Made by a program: the position numbers and the translations under genes
The notes under the pieces: model-generated
Told to the model about the DNA's origin: nothing
Seen by the model: only the letters and a program-made list of their open reading frames with translations
Databases searched by the model: none
In this document: piece by piece, positions 5,309 through 5,910 of the stretch
Position numbering within the stretch: the stretch's first letter is position 1
Layout of the letters: each line of letters starts with the position of its first letter
Source of the DNA: Octopus sinensis
Taxonomy: Eukaryota
Direction: 5' to 3'
Length of the DNA stretch: 5,910 nt
Assembly (NCBI RefSeq): GCF_006345805.1
Contig: NW_021829575.1
Coordinates: forward strand, 1 to 5,910

Positions 5309-5910
5309 TGCAGGGAATTTTTGTGGGTCGATATATAAGTGAAATCTACAAAATAGTGGAATAAATCGCTAGACAGATATTAAACATGTATGAAAATCAT
5401 TTTGGAGAGTGTCTCCACTCAACGGAGTGTTAGCGTTGAGAATCGTTTGGATAGCTTCTTAAAGAAAATGTTATTTACTACTGTTAAAAGTACATGAACT
5501 AAATTCACGTGAAGATATCGGGAAAGAAAATTTTGATGCTGCAAATGAAATTTTTAGACCAACAAATTCATGTTATGAAAAGACAAAATCAAAACAGAAA
5601 CCTAATAATGACCGAGTTTAATCTGATATCATATGTCTACCTCTCTCAAGTAGCTTATCAGAGAAAATCATATTCAGAGCACATTTTTTAAAATAAAATT
5701 TATCTAACATCGATAAGAAATAAATAAAGGAGATTTACATAGATTTTGTATTAATGACTGATGTCTATTGAGTCTGTTTCAGTCCAAGTAATAAACAAAC
5801 GATATATAATATTAAGTATGTGAATAATTTTTTAAAAAAATGTTTGAACTTAGCATTAAAATACAATCTTAAATGTGTAAATTTATGTCGAAGAAGCAAG
5901 TAGAATGTTG

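Noticed and set aside
5119-5364. 81-aa ORF
   Set aside because: Lies antisense over the tRNA-derived SINE; an incidental open frame.
5404-5440. Overlapping short hairpins (GGAGA/TCTCC, CACTC/GAGTG, CTCAACG/CGTTGAG), considered as a Helitron 3' end
   Set aside because: Stems are only 5-7 bp and no CTRR terminus follows at the expected distance.
5463-5694. ORF 5509..5691 and an alternative frame reading HELNSREDIGKENFDAANEIFRPTNSCYEK...
   Set aside because: No recognisable family, weak splice signals, and open runs of 50-60 codons are expected occasionally; BLASTX or RNA-seq would be needed to revive it.

Overview
AT-rich, non-coding eukaryotic DNA with no supportable protein-coding gene. About one fifth of the window is microsatellite ((TA)n, (CA/TG)n, (ACAT)n, (CATT)n), which explains most of the supplied ORFs (YIYI, HTHT, CVCV peptides). 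Between these tracts lie two tRNA-derived SINEs (1848-2260 +, 5096-5308 -), a 115-bp mariner-type MITE (2430-2544) and three copies of a ~220-bp element flanked by TA-rich simple repeats (1344-1557 +, 4191-4276 -, 4444-4662 -). From memory, the SINEs resemble abundant Octopus repeats; this was not verified by search. The main find is that the ~220-bp element is a fold-back of two head-to-head minimal type I hammerhead-ribozyme motifs followed by a ~70-nt tail. One motif (4587-4541, - strand) is structurally complete: helix I, a non-canonical CCGACGA core, helix II with a GGAA loop, GAAA, a palindromic helix III and a GUA cleavage triplet. This is the architecture of the dimer-cleaving hammerheads of Penelope-like retroelements. 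The other arms and copies show point damage and microhomology-bounded deletions.
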